This document shows positions 37,051-49,724 of a stretch of 64,000 bases of DNA, in pieces. A model generated the notes under the pieces. The model had not been told where the DNA came from and ran no database searches. It saw only the letters and a list, made by a program, of their open reading frames with translations. How positions within the stretch are numbered: position 1 is the first letter of the stretch; every line of letters starts with the position of its first letter. The position numbers and the translations under genes are program-made. Origin of the DNA: Macrostomum lignano (taxonomy: Eukaryota); contig NIVC01000413.1 of assembly GCA_002269645.1 (NCBI GenBank), positions 496,001 through 560,000 on the forward strand, read 5' to 3'.

Positions 37051-38159
37051 TGGCAATTTTGGGATCCCCTTGTAAGAACGCAGTTTTCATCAAGATGCCA
37101 TAGACTATATTGAACAGGTCAAAAAGTCGAAAGCTTACTCGTAGATTAGGTCAAAGCTAATGATCTTGGACAGGTCACCTGATCAAACTTTTCGGCTTCT
37201 GTTCTTCTGTGCTACGAACTTATGTAGAGGATCTTGATCGAGAACGTCGTCAATTTTTCAATGTGTCCAACTGAGCCAGATCGTCGAGGTCACATGCCTA
37301 ATAAGGTGTGTTTAATCGCAAAGTCACATGACTTTTTTCTGCGCTAAAAATAGAAACAGGTGATGAGTCATGCTTATTCCCTCTATGCAGAAGTACGCAC
37401 TCAGAGCGCGGAAAAGCTTGTGATGAGTCATCGCGTGAACTCTCCCCGTTTATCCGAAAACACTCAATCTTAGCACAGGGAAGTCTCTGTTCTCTCCCAA
37501 TCCAAGCTAGCTGGGACAAAGACTTCATGCAGGAAACAATTGACAAAGTCTTCGTATAACAGTACTTCACAAGATAGACTAAATTACATTTTTATACTAG
37601 TTGTATATAATAGTCATACCATGGTAGATTTCGCATACTTTTAGCTTCTTGTTTGGGCAGCCCAGACTTATTTTAATTAAGTCGCAATAAAAGCTGGTCA
37701 ACGCATTCACAAGTATACTTGGCCATTATAGAGGTTTGTAAAATACGCGGAACCGTTTAAGTGTTTCTCAAGTATTCTGGCTCTTCACAGACTCTGGAAT
37801 ACAATGAGGGTCAACTACTTTTCAAGGACTGAACTTTTACTTTTAATTTTTTCACTTTCTTATTATAATTATTATAAAACGTGTTATTCTTATCTGAAGT
37901 TGAGTAGCCTTCTACTATTCAGCGTAAATGACGTTCACAGGACGCTTTCTTAGCTTACAAACTCAAAAACCGACTTGACTAGGCTAGAAATCATGTACAA
38001 ACAGGTGATTTAGATACAAATAAATACAAAAAAATAAATACAAATTCGAATATGTTCATGCATATGTTCATTGCTGATCAAGCGTACAATATAAGTAAAA
38101 AAAATCTTATTTAGATCAGCTATAGCACATTGAACTGTAGCTGGGGCGTTTTTGACGAC

Positions 38160-38385
38160 ATGTGAGTGTCGCCACGACACTCAGCCACTCTCAGGCACTC
38201 AGCCACCTACGACACTCAGCCATACTCAGACACTCAGCCACTCTCAGGCACTCGGCCACCTACGACGCTCAGCCATACTCAGACACCCAGCCACACTCAG
38301 ACACTCAGCCACACTCAGACACTCAGCCATGACACTCAGCCACGTCCACTCGGTCACACTCAGACACTCAGCCACGACACTCAGC
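38160..38385. repeat. Degenerate CACTCAG-core minisatellite
   Basis: Repeated CACTCAGCCA/CACTCAGA. Confidence 0.8.
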
Positions 38386-38920
38386 CCTCGGTGTTTGCGG
38401 TGTGGACTCGATCTGCCTAATCCATAATTTAAGAAAATTTTTATTATTAATATTCTACAATTAAAAACTGACTATATATTTATATAGCTTTTTTCCGTAG
38501 CACCTATACGTATTCAAATAAGAGCTGCTAAGCGGCTTACTGTCAATATTTACCCCCAATCGGCACTATGATGCCTCGCAGCTGTGCACGACTTGACAGA
38601 TTCCGAATTCTGATACCAGTTTGATCTCATCTCATTTTCTCTTTCTCTGCATAGCGTCTGAAAGCTGGCGCCCCGGCTGCTCTACTATTTATAAATAATT
38701 GTTTACTTGCTCAAAGTAGGGAGCAAAATCACGGGATTGGCATCATTGGCTAGCAACCAGTTAGGACAGTCACTCAGGTCACTCAGTCACAGCCACAGAT
38801 CACAGGAAGAATGGGCCAGAGCACAAGGGAAGAACTACAAAGAGCTCAAAATATTTGCTACCGTTTCACTTCCACTTTAGCAGCTGGTCATGACTAAGAT
38901 CACTAGGCGTCAAGGCCTAC

Positions 38921-39310
38921 GGGAACCTACGGGAACCTACGGGAACCTACGGGAACCTACGGGAACCTACGGGAACCTACGGGAACCTACGGGAACCTAC
39001 GGGAACCTACGGGAACCTACGGGAACCTACGGGAACCTACGGGAACCTACGGGAACCTACGGGAACCTACGGGAACCTACGGGAACCTACGGGAACCTAC
39101 GGGAACCTACGGGAACCTACGGGAACCTACGGGAACCTACGGGAACCTACGGGAACCTACGGGAACCTACGGGAACCTACGGGAACCTACGGGAACCTAC
39201 GGGAACCTACGGGAACCTACGGGAACCTACGGGAACCTACGGGAACCTACGGGAACCTACGGGAACCTACGGGAACCTACGGGAACCTACGGGAACCTAC
39301 GGGAACCTAC
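38921..39310. repeat. Perfect 10-bp array (GGGAACCTAC) x39
   Basis: Direct reading. Confidence 0.98.
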
Positions 39311-41080
39311 AGGATCTGGAATGTCTAGCTCAGAGTCTCGAGAAGGATGGATCAGCCGTAGAAATACTTTTATAATTTAGTTGACAAAAAAGTCCCACCT
39401 CTGATGGTGGTTCGACAAAACCCAGCCAGCCGGTCAGTCAGCCAACTAAGACTTTTAATAAACTTGTGAAGTGCCTCCACTGGCCCTTTAGCCTTCTTAG
39501 CTTCAGAAGTGGCCCCTTGCACGGTTGCCAAGAAAGTGAATAAGAGCGTCGCCCGATGAGGTCGCGAGGGTCCCAGCAGCAAAAATGAGATAAAAGATGA
39601 AGGAAAAGGCGTGTGTGTGTGTGTGTGTGTGTGCGTGTGTGACTATGAATTGAGTCAATGCGCGATTTCTTGAGTGCCGGCCCTGCCGGATCGATCTAAT
39701 AAATAAAGCATATTTAGGCGCAACAGACTGACGAGGGGGTAAGGTCCTATAATATGGGAGAGGCTGGAGGAGCTCGCACGGAGTCAAGCACTCCACAATT
39801 AATCATATCATGGTAGTTGGGTCTGAGGATTGGGGCGCGGCAGTGGAGAAAAAAGTTGATGGGAGAAGTTGACAGGATCGAGTTGTTTTTGTGTGCACAC
39901 TGTGGGGAAGAGAAACTCGCACAGCCTAGCGGTGTTTCATCCGTGGTGCACTTGATAACTCCTTCGCGTATCTTGAAATTGCATTTTTCTTTGCTTTTTT
40001 TTATTGCTGGCAAAATTTCGTGATTGAAGTTTTCAAAATTGGAAAGATATCTTTACAAAAACGGATGATTTGATGAGAAAGAAACATAACCTCAATTCCT
40101 TAGATCTGTCACGATCACGGCTCACTAATGGGAGCCAAAATCAACCGAATCTGCTTTAAAAAAACATTGCTTATCTTTTTTACCTTTGCAAGACGGTCCC
40201 TGTCAATTAGTGCCTGCTATGCAGCTTCTTCTCTAATTTCTAATCAGGAGAAGCAAAGGACAAAGCGCGATAGAATCAAACGACTAAGAAATGGACTTTG
40301 ACTACGGATAGCTTTAATCGAACTTTTCCGTTCATATATGCTGCTATAGGTTAGGATGCGAACTTCAATGTCCTTAGCGACTGGGGCTTGGTAAATCCCT
40401 TGCTTGAAGCTGTTGCATGCGCAAAACATGGGGCTTAGGCATCGATCGGTCAGAGAAAACCGCAGTTGCAGCTGGGCTGACATCCGGGGCCGAACAGATG
40501 CCTATAGAGAGCGAAATCAGCATTGAATATTGAATGCTGTTAGACGTTCACATGAGCTCTTCCTTGTAGTTCTCGATGACAACAGGCAAGTCAAAGCTAC
40601 GTAGGTGCACGAGCAGCAAATGGGATAACAACCCATGAGGACCAACCCCCAAGACATGAAAGCGTCCTTGTGTTGTGTTCATTACATTCCAATTTTGATA
40701 TCAAACAGAAGACTGAATTGTTAATTGAATTTTGCGCCATTTCCATTTCCATCTTAGCATCGTCGTTTTTATTTATAATTTTGCTCGGGACTTGATGCAA
40801 CTGCAGAAGCAAACGAGGGACTTACAGATGTGGAATCCTGACATTACTTTATAGTTTGCAACACAGATCGAGTTATTGGAAAATAAGTTTCGGCTATGTC
40901 AGAGAATCGAGCGCCTAATATCAGTTGCTCTGCCTTGCTTCTGTCTGCATGCTGACTACAGGAAGTTTTCATTCATATAGGTATTATTATTTCAAGTTGC
41001 TGGGCATGCAATTTTTAACGATGACTGTAGAGCCACCTGATCTTCGCACGATTCTTGTTGGTAAGTCATCCATCCGTCCT

Positions 41081-42019
41081 TTACCGTCCCCACGGTACGA
41101 CTCCGTAAGCGCGCTTGCCCCACGGTACGACTCCGTAAGCGCGCTTGCCCCACGGTACGACTCCGTAAGCGCGTTTGCCCCACGGTACGGCTCCGTAAGC
41201 GCGTTTGCCCCACGGTACGACTCCGTAAGCGCGTTTGCCCCACGGTACGACTCCGTAAGCGCGTTTGCCCCACGGTACGACTCCGTAAGCGCGTTTTTCG
41301 ACGACATCATCTTCGTCAATATCGATGGAGCTGCTGTGCGGAGCAGCTAGAGCGCAGGTTGCGCAGGCGACGGCAAGGATCAGCGCCAGCAGGGTGGCTT
41401 CGTGATTTCGAACCTGTAGAAAAAGGAGAATTTCGACCTCTTTAGAAATCAGCAAGTTGCTATTCGCTCCTAAGCTGGCTTCCTTTTCACAAAATTGACA
41501 ATTAGTAGAAATTCCGGCAACCCAAGGGCGAACAAAAAGTAAAAAAAGAGCCATCCTGCTCTGCAAAGGAAATTCAACTTGCCTAGCCAATTCCTGCTCA
41601 TTTTCCTCTTTAGGTTTCTATTAGCAAAAGTGGCGCCGCTGGGGCATGGTCCAGCCGTACTCCATCACGTCTCGAGCATTAAGTTTCTAACAGAGCCTCA
41701 ACCGCGCATGCGCAGAACAGCTATTGCCGAAATTAGTTAAAAGAAGAAAAAATTAAGAGTTGGGAATCAAATCTCCGGGCGTGCCTCTTTCGCTTTCTAG
41801 GAAACTCTGATTTCAAATTCCTTCAAGCTTGGAGGCTGCCGTCGTGCTTCAGCTCTAAATCTTATCTGTTTTTAGAGTCATCATGCAGCCGCTCAAATAG
41901 GCATTCTGTTGTTACTTTCTTCTGAGATTAAACTTATCCAACTTAAGCAAGGTAACAGCAGATGATAAAAGCGGAACTTTTTTTCTGTGAGAAGAGATGA
42001 AACTTGAGCAACTTACCAT
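41081..42019 (-). CDS. Neuropeptide precursor (PWamide type) with 6x AYGVVPW-amide and 1x AYGAVPW-amide, 111 aa
   Basis: ATG-only coding exon 42019-42017 followed by a consensus donor GTAAGT, acceptor TTTTTCTACAG, and exon 41413-41081. Encodes signal peptide MVRNHEATLLALILAVACATCALA, an acidic spacer, seven KR-flanked Gly-extended peptides and a terminal PWGR*. Units vary synonymously (AAA/AAG Lys). Confidence 0.9.
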
Positions 42020-42117
42020 TTTGTCCTGTTTGTTTAGTCAATTGGTGATTTTTTTAACTGTGGCTGCGCGCACTACAAGGAGTGGAGGAACTTCTTCGAC
42101 GGCAGCTGGGCCAGCCT

Positions 42118-42223
42118 CTTATAAGCGTCATCGCGACAGCTTCTTTGACTGGACAAATCATTTCTCTCTCTCTCAACCAGTCTCAGAAAGCCGCTCGCCA
42201 AGGAAGGCCCTGCTCACCATTGG
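42118..42223 (-). promoter_or_regulatory. Candidate core promoter of the neuropeptide gene
   Basis: Minus strand: TATAAG (42123-42118), CRE half-site TGACG (42130-42126) and CCAAT (42223-42219), about 100-200 nt upstream of the ATG. Confidence 0.5.
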
Positions 42224-42389
42224 CTGCTGCAAAGAGCCATAGGGAGAGAGACTTTGATGCAGAAACTGAGCTTCAGCAAAAACTATGTTGCAAATTCAAT
42301 AACATATTTGGTTGAGTCAACTTTTTACAAAGCTTTTATTATTTACATAAAACTTACAAGGCTCAATAAAATTCAAGAGGAAATGAGGG

Positions 42390-44730
42390 AAGACAGAGGT
42401 ATAGATCAAGAGACAGAGGTATAGATCAAGAGACAGAGGTATAGATCAAGAGACAGAGGTATAGATCAAGAGACAGAGGTATAGATCAAGAGAGACAGAG
42501 GTATAGATCAAGAGACAGAGGGATGGATCAAGAGGGACAGAGGGATAGATCAAGAGGGAAAAGGGATACATCAAGAGGGAAAAGGGATAGATCAAGAGGG
42601 AAAAGGGATACATCAAGAGGGAAAAGGGATAGATCAAGAGGGAAAAGGGATACATCAAGAGGGAAAAGGGATACATCAAGAGGGAAAAGGGATAGATCAA
42701 GAGGGAAAAGGGATACATCAAGAGGGAAAAGGGATACATCAAGAGGGAAAAGGGATAGATCAAGAGGGAAAAGGGATACATCAAGAGGGAAAAGGGATAC
42801 ATCAAGAGGGAAAAGGGATAGATCAAGAGGGAAAAGGGATACATCAAGAGGGAAAAGGGATACATCAAGAGGGAAAAGGGATACATCAAGAGAGACAGAG
42901 GTATAGATCAAGAGACAGAGGTATAGATCAAGAGACAGAGGTATAGATCAAGAGAGACAGAGGTATAGATCAAGAGACAGAGGTATAGATCAAGAGACAG
43001 AGGTATAGATCAAGAGACAGAGGTATAGATCAAGAGACAGAGGTATAGATCAAGAGACAGAGGTATAGATCAAGAGAGACAGAGGTATAGATCAAGAGAC
43101 AGAGGTATAGATCAAGAGAGACAGAGGTATAGATCAAGAGAGACAGAGGTATAGATCAAGAGACAGAGGTATAGATCAAGAGACAGAGGTATAGATCAAG
43201 AGACAGAGGTATAGATCAAGAGACAGAGGTATAGATCAAGAGACAGAGGTATAGATCAAGAGAGACAGAGGTATAGATCAAGAGACAGAGGTATAGATCA
43301 AGAGACAGAGGTATAGATCAAGAGAGACAGAGGTATAGATCAAGAGACAGAGGTATAGATCAAGAGACAGAGGTATAGATCAAGAGAGACAGAGGTATAG
43401 ATCAAGAGACAGAGGTATAGATCAAGAGACAGAGGTATAGATCAAGAGACAGAGGTATAGATCAAGAGAGACAGAGGTATAGATCAAGAGACAGAGGTAT
43501 AGATCAAGAGAGACAGAGGTATAGATCAAGAGAGACAGAGGTATAGATCAAGAGACAGAGGTATAGATCAAGAGACAGAGGTATAGATCAAGAGAGACAG
43601 AGGTATAGATCAAGAGACAGAGGTATAGATCAAGAGACAGAGGTATAGATCAAGAGAGACAGAGGTATAGATCAAGAGACAGAGGTATAGATCAAGAGAC
43701 AGAGGTATAGATCAAGAGACAGAGGTATAGATCAAGAGACAGAGGTATAGATCAAGAGGGACAGAGGTATAGATCAAGAGAGACCGAGGTATAGATCAAG
43801 AGACAGAGGTATAGATCAAGAGACAGAGGTATAGATCAAGAGAGACAGAGGTATAGATCAAGAGACAGAGGTATAGATCAAGAGAGACAGAGGTATAGAT
43901 CTAGAGAGACAGAGGTATAGATCAAGAGAGACAGAGGTATAGATCAAGAGACAGAGGTATAGATCAAGAGACAGAGGTATAGATCAAGAGACAGAGGTAT
44001 AGATCAAGAGACAGAGGTATAGATCAAGAGACAGAGGTATAGATCAAGAGAGACAGAGGTATAGATCAAGAGACAGAGGTATAGATCAAGAGAGACAGAG
44101 GTATAGATCAAGAGACAGAGGTATAGATCAAGAGACAGAGGTATAGATCAAGAGACAGAGGTATAGATCAAGAGACAGAGGTATAGATCAAGAGAGACAG
44201 AGGTATAGATCAAGAGACAGAGGTATAGATCAAGAGAGACAGAGGTATAGATCAAGAGACAGAGGTATAGATCAAGAGACAGAGGTATAGATCAAGAGAC
44301 AGAGGTATAGATCAAGAGAGACAGAGGTATAGATCAAGAGACAGAGGTATAGATCAAGAGAGACAGAGGTATAGATCAAGAGAGACAGAGGTATAGATCA
44401 AGAGAGACAGAGGTATAGATCAAGAGAGACAGAGGTATAGATCAAGAGACAGAGGTATAGATCAAGAGACAGAGGTATAGATCAAGAGAGAAAAGGGATA
44501 GATCAAGAGGGAAAAGGGATAGATCAAAAGAGAAAAGGGATAAATCAAGAGAGAAAAGGGATAGATCAAGAGGGAAAAGGGATAGATCAAGAGGGAAAAG
44601 GGATAGATCAAGAGGGAAAAGGGATAGATCAAGAGGGAAAAGGGATAGATCAAGAGAGAAAAGGGATAGATCAAGAGAGAAAAGGGATAGATCAAGAGGG
44701 AAAAGGGATAGATCAAGAGAGAATAGGGAC
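42390..44730. repeat. Compound 19/21-bp purine-rich minisatellite (GAGACAGAGGTATAGATCAA and GAGGGAAAAGGGATAGATCAA variants)
   Basis: Direct periodicity with shared GATCAAGAG core. Confidence 0.95.
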
Positions 44731-45239
44731 GGATAAAGAAGAAAAAAGGAATGTATCAAGAGAAATACAACAAAAGATAAACCAGACCATGGAGAGATGA
44801 AGCAAGTGAGCAAGAAAGAGGAGCAGTCCTGACTTACCCGGCTCTGCTGCAGGGCAGTACCGGGAGGTACAACAAAAAGGCGAGATAGCCTAAGCCGCCA
44901 ATCCCTGATGACGAGCGAGAGGAGGAGTCAGTTGCAGCTTCAACTATGATTTCTCCCGGGAAAACACTCGGTGATTGGAGACTTAGAACTCAGAGTTGCA
45001 CCTGTCAAGCAAGAAGTAGAGAAAGCAACTGGACTCCTTTTCTCATGCAGCTGATTTCCTTAAAATCTTATTAAGCTTTCTGTAAAGAGAAATTTTAACA
45101 ATAACCTTTACTGCTGAAGACAAAATACAATAGTTTACTATTTAGCCTTGAGAACACTGTAGAGGAGAAAGAAGCTTTTAAAACGACGAGAAAGAGATGC
45201 TTCTATTATCCAGATATTAGAGATCCCATTAAACAGATA

Positions 45240-45600
45240 CTCGTAATTAATCTTGAATTAGAGATCCCATTATCCTGGAAATTAATCTCTAATTAGAGAT
45301 CCCATTAACCAGGTGATTAATCCCTAATTAAAGATACCATTATGCTTGTGATTAATCCCTAATTAGAGATCCCATTAACGAGGTAATTAATCCCAAATTA
45401 GAGATCCCATTATCCTGGTGATTAATCTCTAATTAGAGATCCCATTAACAAGGTAATTAATCCATTAATACGCGTAAAGATTTCCTTGTTTATGGAATAA
45501 TCCATAATTAAAGACCCGTTATATAATTAATTGATCCCTAATTAGAAATTTCTAATTAGATCCCTAATTAGAAAGCATTAATCGTTAACTAGAAATCCCA
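45240..45600. repeat. Degenerate about 42-bp repeat (TTAATCCCTAATTAGAGATCCCATTA core)
   Basis: Recurrent ATTAGAGATCCCATT. Confidence 0.75.
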
Positions 45601-46107
45601 TCATCCAGGTCATTAACTCATAATTAGAAATCTCATTATTTATCATTAATCACTTATACCATTGCATAGAAGAGCTACAATTAAAATTAACCTGTTATTG
45701 TACTTCTCATGCTAGCCAAATAGTTGGTACATTCGTGCATGCCATGCCGTTCAAGTCTTTTAAATATCGGTTGTTAGGTTCAATTATAAATTGCATAAGC
45801 AGCGCTCAGCCCTCTGTTGTATTGCCGCTTTTAGGCTGAGCAAATAAGACTGCAACCGCTGGGGCTTCCCGCTGCAGACAGATGCGCCTGCGATCAAAGC
45901 GAGTAGCTCTCCGAAAACTCGAGTTCGGTTTGGGGGGTGGAGAGGAGGAGGGATCGAATGATTAATGAATTTATAGCTGCTGCAACAGGGAGGGGGTCGC
46001 TGAGAACTGCGCCAGACATGAAATCTCTCCTCAATCTCTAAATAAAAAACAGTACGGATGAAGAACTACATCAGTCTGATGCAGATAGCTGGATTGAAAG
46101 CATAAAT

Positions 46108-46612
<505 letters not shown>

Positions 46613-47035
46613 GAAGCCATACATCATTCTTATCCGCCCCAGACTCCATGCAGTTTAGTGCGCAGGTTGCAGTGCAGTTTCAGTCAGGAAATTGCCAGTC
46701 AACATTCGCTGAATGGCCATCTCCGACACCTGTCAATTAAATTTTTTAGCTACCTGAGCGTGGGCCTGCTTGATGCACTGCTTTGTACTGCTTGATGCAG
46801 GGCAAACCTGTAGAACGTAGCGACAGCTGTATCCTTGATCAAGATTTCATAGCTAGCTGATTGCACCCAAGTGCGCAGCTTCATATATTGCTCTTTGTAA
46901 TATACTCGTAGCATAGCAAACATCTAAAAATAGATTCCATTATCGCATTGTTACGTATATATTTATCTGTGCTGAAAGTTTATTAGATGCGTTGAAAAGT
47001 AATCAGATGAACGAATTCGATGATTGAAGACAACT

Positions 47036-47535
47036 TCAGCACCAGAGGCGCCAGCACCAGAGGCGCCAGCACCAGAGGCGCCAGCACCAGAGGCGCCAGC
47101 ACCAGAGGCGCCAGCACCAGAGGCGCCAGCACCAGAGGCGCCAGCACCAGAGGCGCCAGCACCAGAGGCGCCAGCACCAGAGGCGCCAGCACCAGAGGCG
47201 CCAGCACCAGAGGCGCCAGCACCAGAGGCGCCAGCACCAGAGGCGCCAGCACCAGAGGCGCCAGCACCAGAGGCGCCAGCACCAGAGGCGCCAGCACCAG
47301 AGGCGCCAGCACCAGAGGCGCCAGCACCAGAGGCGCCAGCACCAGAGGCGCCAGCACCAGAGGCGCCAGCACCAGAGGCGCCAGCACCAGAGGCGCCAGC
47401 ACCAGAGGCGCCAGCACCAGAGGCGCCAGCACCAGAGGCGCCAGCACCAGAGGCGCCAGCACCAGAGGCGCCAGCACCAGAGGCGCCAGCACCAGAGGCG
47501 CCAGCACCAGAGGCGCCAGCACCAGAGGCGCCAGC
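47036..47535. repeat. Perfect 15-bp array (ACCAGAGGCGCCAGC) x33
   Basis: Direct reading. Confidence 0.98.
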
Positions 47536-48249
47536 AGCCACTCTGCAAAGCAGGCAGCAGGAGCCCTCTACATTCAAAATAAATTTCACCTGACGGGGGA
47601 AGCCGGGACGCCTCGCCCAGCTTCCCGAGAATGCTGCGAGGCAGAAAAAACTCGATGATAACCCGGGTTGAAAAAAGGAAGGCGGAGAAAATTACAGGTA
47701 GCGAGCAGGAAAATAAATTGGGAGCGCTACGTGGGAGGCGATGGATGAAGAGGGAAGAAGGAAGCTGCGAGTTGCCCGACGCCAAAATCCTGTTTACTGA
47801 AGATTTTTCTGAGCATTGGAGCGGAGTAGGCTGATGGCTATCCACTGCTAACTACCAGTCTACTCCAGGAAAATGCGTAATTATCCATTCTAATGGGCCT
47901 TGGAAACATAGTCAGCTGTTTTTTTGGGAAGGGGTTTGTTCGAAACTCCGGAAGGAACTTCTGTCTTTCCTCTCCAAGGAAAGAAAAACAACCCCTTTTA
48001 GGCTGAGGATTCCGTGGAGAAATCTTATGCGTGCTCGACTAGAAAACGAAAAATTTAAGGAAAACACGATTGAGGTGAAAAAATCCCTCAATGAGCAGTG
48101 TTTTTATCGATGAGAGTTCTTACTCTCAGGGTCTGTTTTTGACTGCGTCAGCACGTACCACAGTTCGCTCACTTGGCAATCATTTATAAGGAAATTTCAG
48201 CATTCATAAATCAAATGCAACTCAACCGCAACACGGCTAAAACTTTATC

Positions 48250-48710
48250 AGCTACAAGCCGACTCACTCACCACCCTTATCAGCTACAAGCCGACTCACT
48301 CCCCACCCTTATCAGCTGCAAGCCGACTCACTCCCCACCCTTATCAGCTGCAAGCCGACTCACTCCCCACCCTTATCAGCTGCAAGCCGACTCACTCCCC
48401 ACCCTTATCAGCTGCAAGCCGACTCACTCCCCACCCTTATCAGCTGCAAGCCGACTCACTCCCCACCCTTATCAGCTGCAAGCCGACTCACTCCCCACCC
48501 TTATCAGCTGCAAGCCGACTCACTCCCCACCCTTATCAGCTGCAAGCCGACTCACTCCCCACCCTTATCAGCTGCAAGCCGACTCACTCCCCACCCTTAT
48601 CAGCTGCAAGCCGACCCACTCCCCACCCTTATCAGCTGCAAACTGTCTCACTCACCACCCTTATCAGCTGCAAACTGTCTCACTCCCCACCCTTATCAGC
48701 TGCAAACTGT
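48250..48710. repeat. 32-bp minisatellite (CAGCTGCAAGCCGACTCACTCCCCACCCTTAT)
   Basis: Direct periodicity. Confidence 0.95.
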
Positions 48711-48889
48711 CTCACGCCTAACCAGACCAGAGCTTCATTTTCATTAAACTTCAAACAACATTCTAAAACATATGTAGAACCAAATCCTGCCCTACTGGGT
48801 ATTCTGGAAATTGTATAGCATCAATTGACAATACCATAGTAACAGTGTGCCAGGTACGCAGACACACTAAATGCCTGGCAACTACTTAC

Positions 48890-48987
48890 TATATTTCTTA
48901 TAGTCAAAGAGAAGTCAGCATTGACTTTTCTTTTATCTGGCGAGCTTCTGTGTCGCAGTTCATCTTCGCTTTCGAGCGAGATACGAC
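48890..48987 (-). other. Possible orphan coding exon with an Ig E-strand-like motif
   Basis: Acceptor CCTGCAG, donor GTAAGT; encodes RISLESEDE...NADFSLTIRNI. The rest of the gene was not assembled. Confidence 0.3.
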
Positions 48988-49724
48988 CTGCAGGACGTAA
49001 ATTCAATGAACAGAAAGCATGTCACTAATTCAGAGACATTGCTCAGAGACAAAAGGCTGCAGCAAGTTATTCTCAATCGCATCTCTACCTCAGTGAGTTG
49101 GTTGCGCAGCGAGTTGCTTTGCCAATAAGTTTTTTTATGAATATGGCATGAATAGACTTACCTTCAGTGACTACTAAGGTTGGCGTCACGTTACAATCTT
49201 ATTCATATTATTGATGCTAATATCATATCCTTTTTATACAGTTTCTATTGTATATAGTTTAATACTCTATGAGTACTTTATGGCCACGAGTACCCGTGCT
49301 GACCATTGCAGGAACTCGTACTGAGTTCAGATTCTAAAAAAACAAACAAAGAAAATTAACTGATAATTTATCGACGGCACAGCGTTTTTATATAAAACTA
49401 TAATCCCCCCCTGGTTCTTGGGTTCAGTTTGTACTTTCTTTAATGCCAAAATCCAGTTGACAGCTACATGCAATCTGCCCCCCCCCCCGCCCGCCTGCCC
49501 CGACACAAGCGCGGATCAATAAGCACGAGGTGTTATGAAATTGAAGTGCGGATCGTACCGTACTGGCTGTAACACGCAAGTTATAGTCGGAATCAATTTC
49601 AGTCAATAACAGCACCATCGAGTCAGGTTGGAACTGACTGGACCAATAGTAAGTTTAGAAATAACTGTGCCCTATGGGACTGGCCTGATACTCTCTTAGC
49701 CATTGGAGTGCCCTATAGAACTGG

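Noticed and set aside
39370-39582. 70-aa ORF with a hydrophobic stretch
   Set aside because: No ATG or convincing splice sites and no family motif.
46963-47845. APEAP / GASTR / WCWRL repeat proteins
   Set aside because: A perfect 15-bp array open in all frames, with no synonymous variation, signal peptide or recognisable flanking domain.
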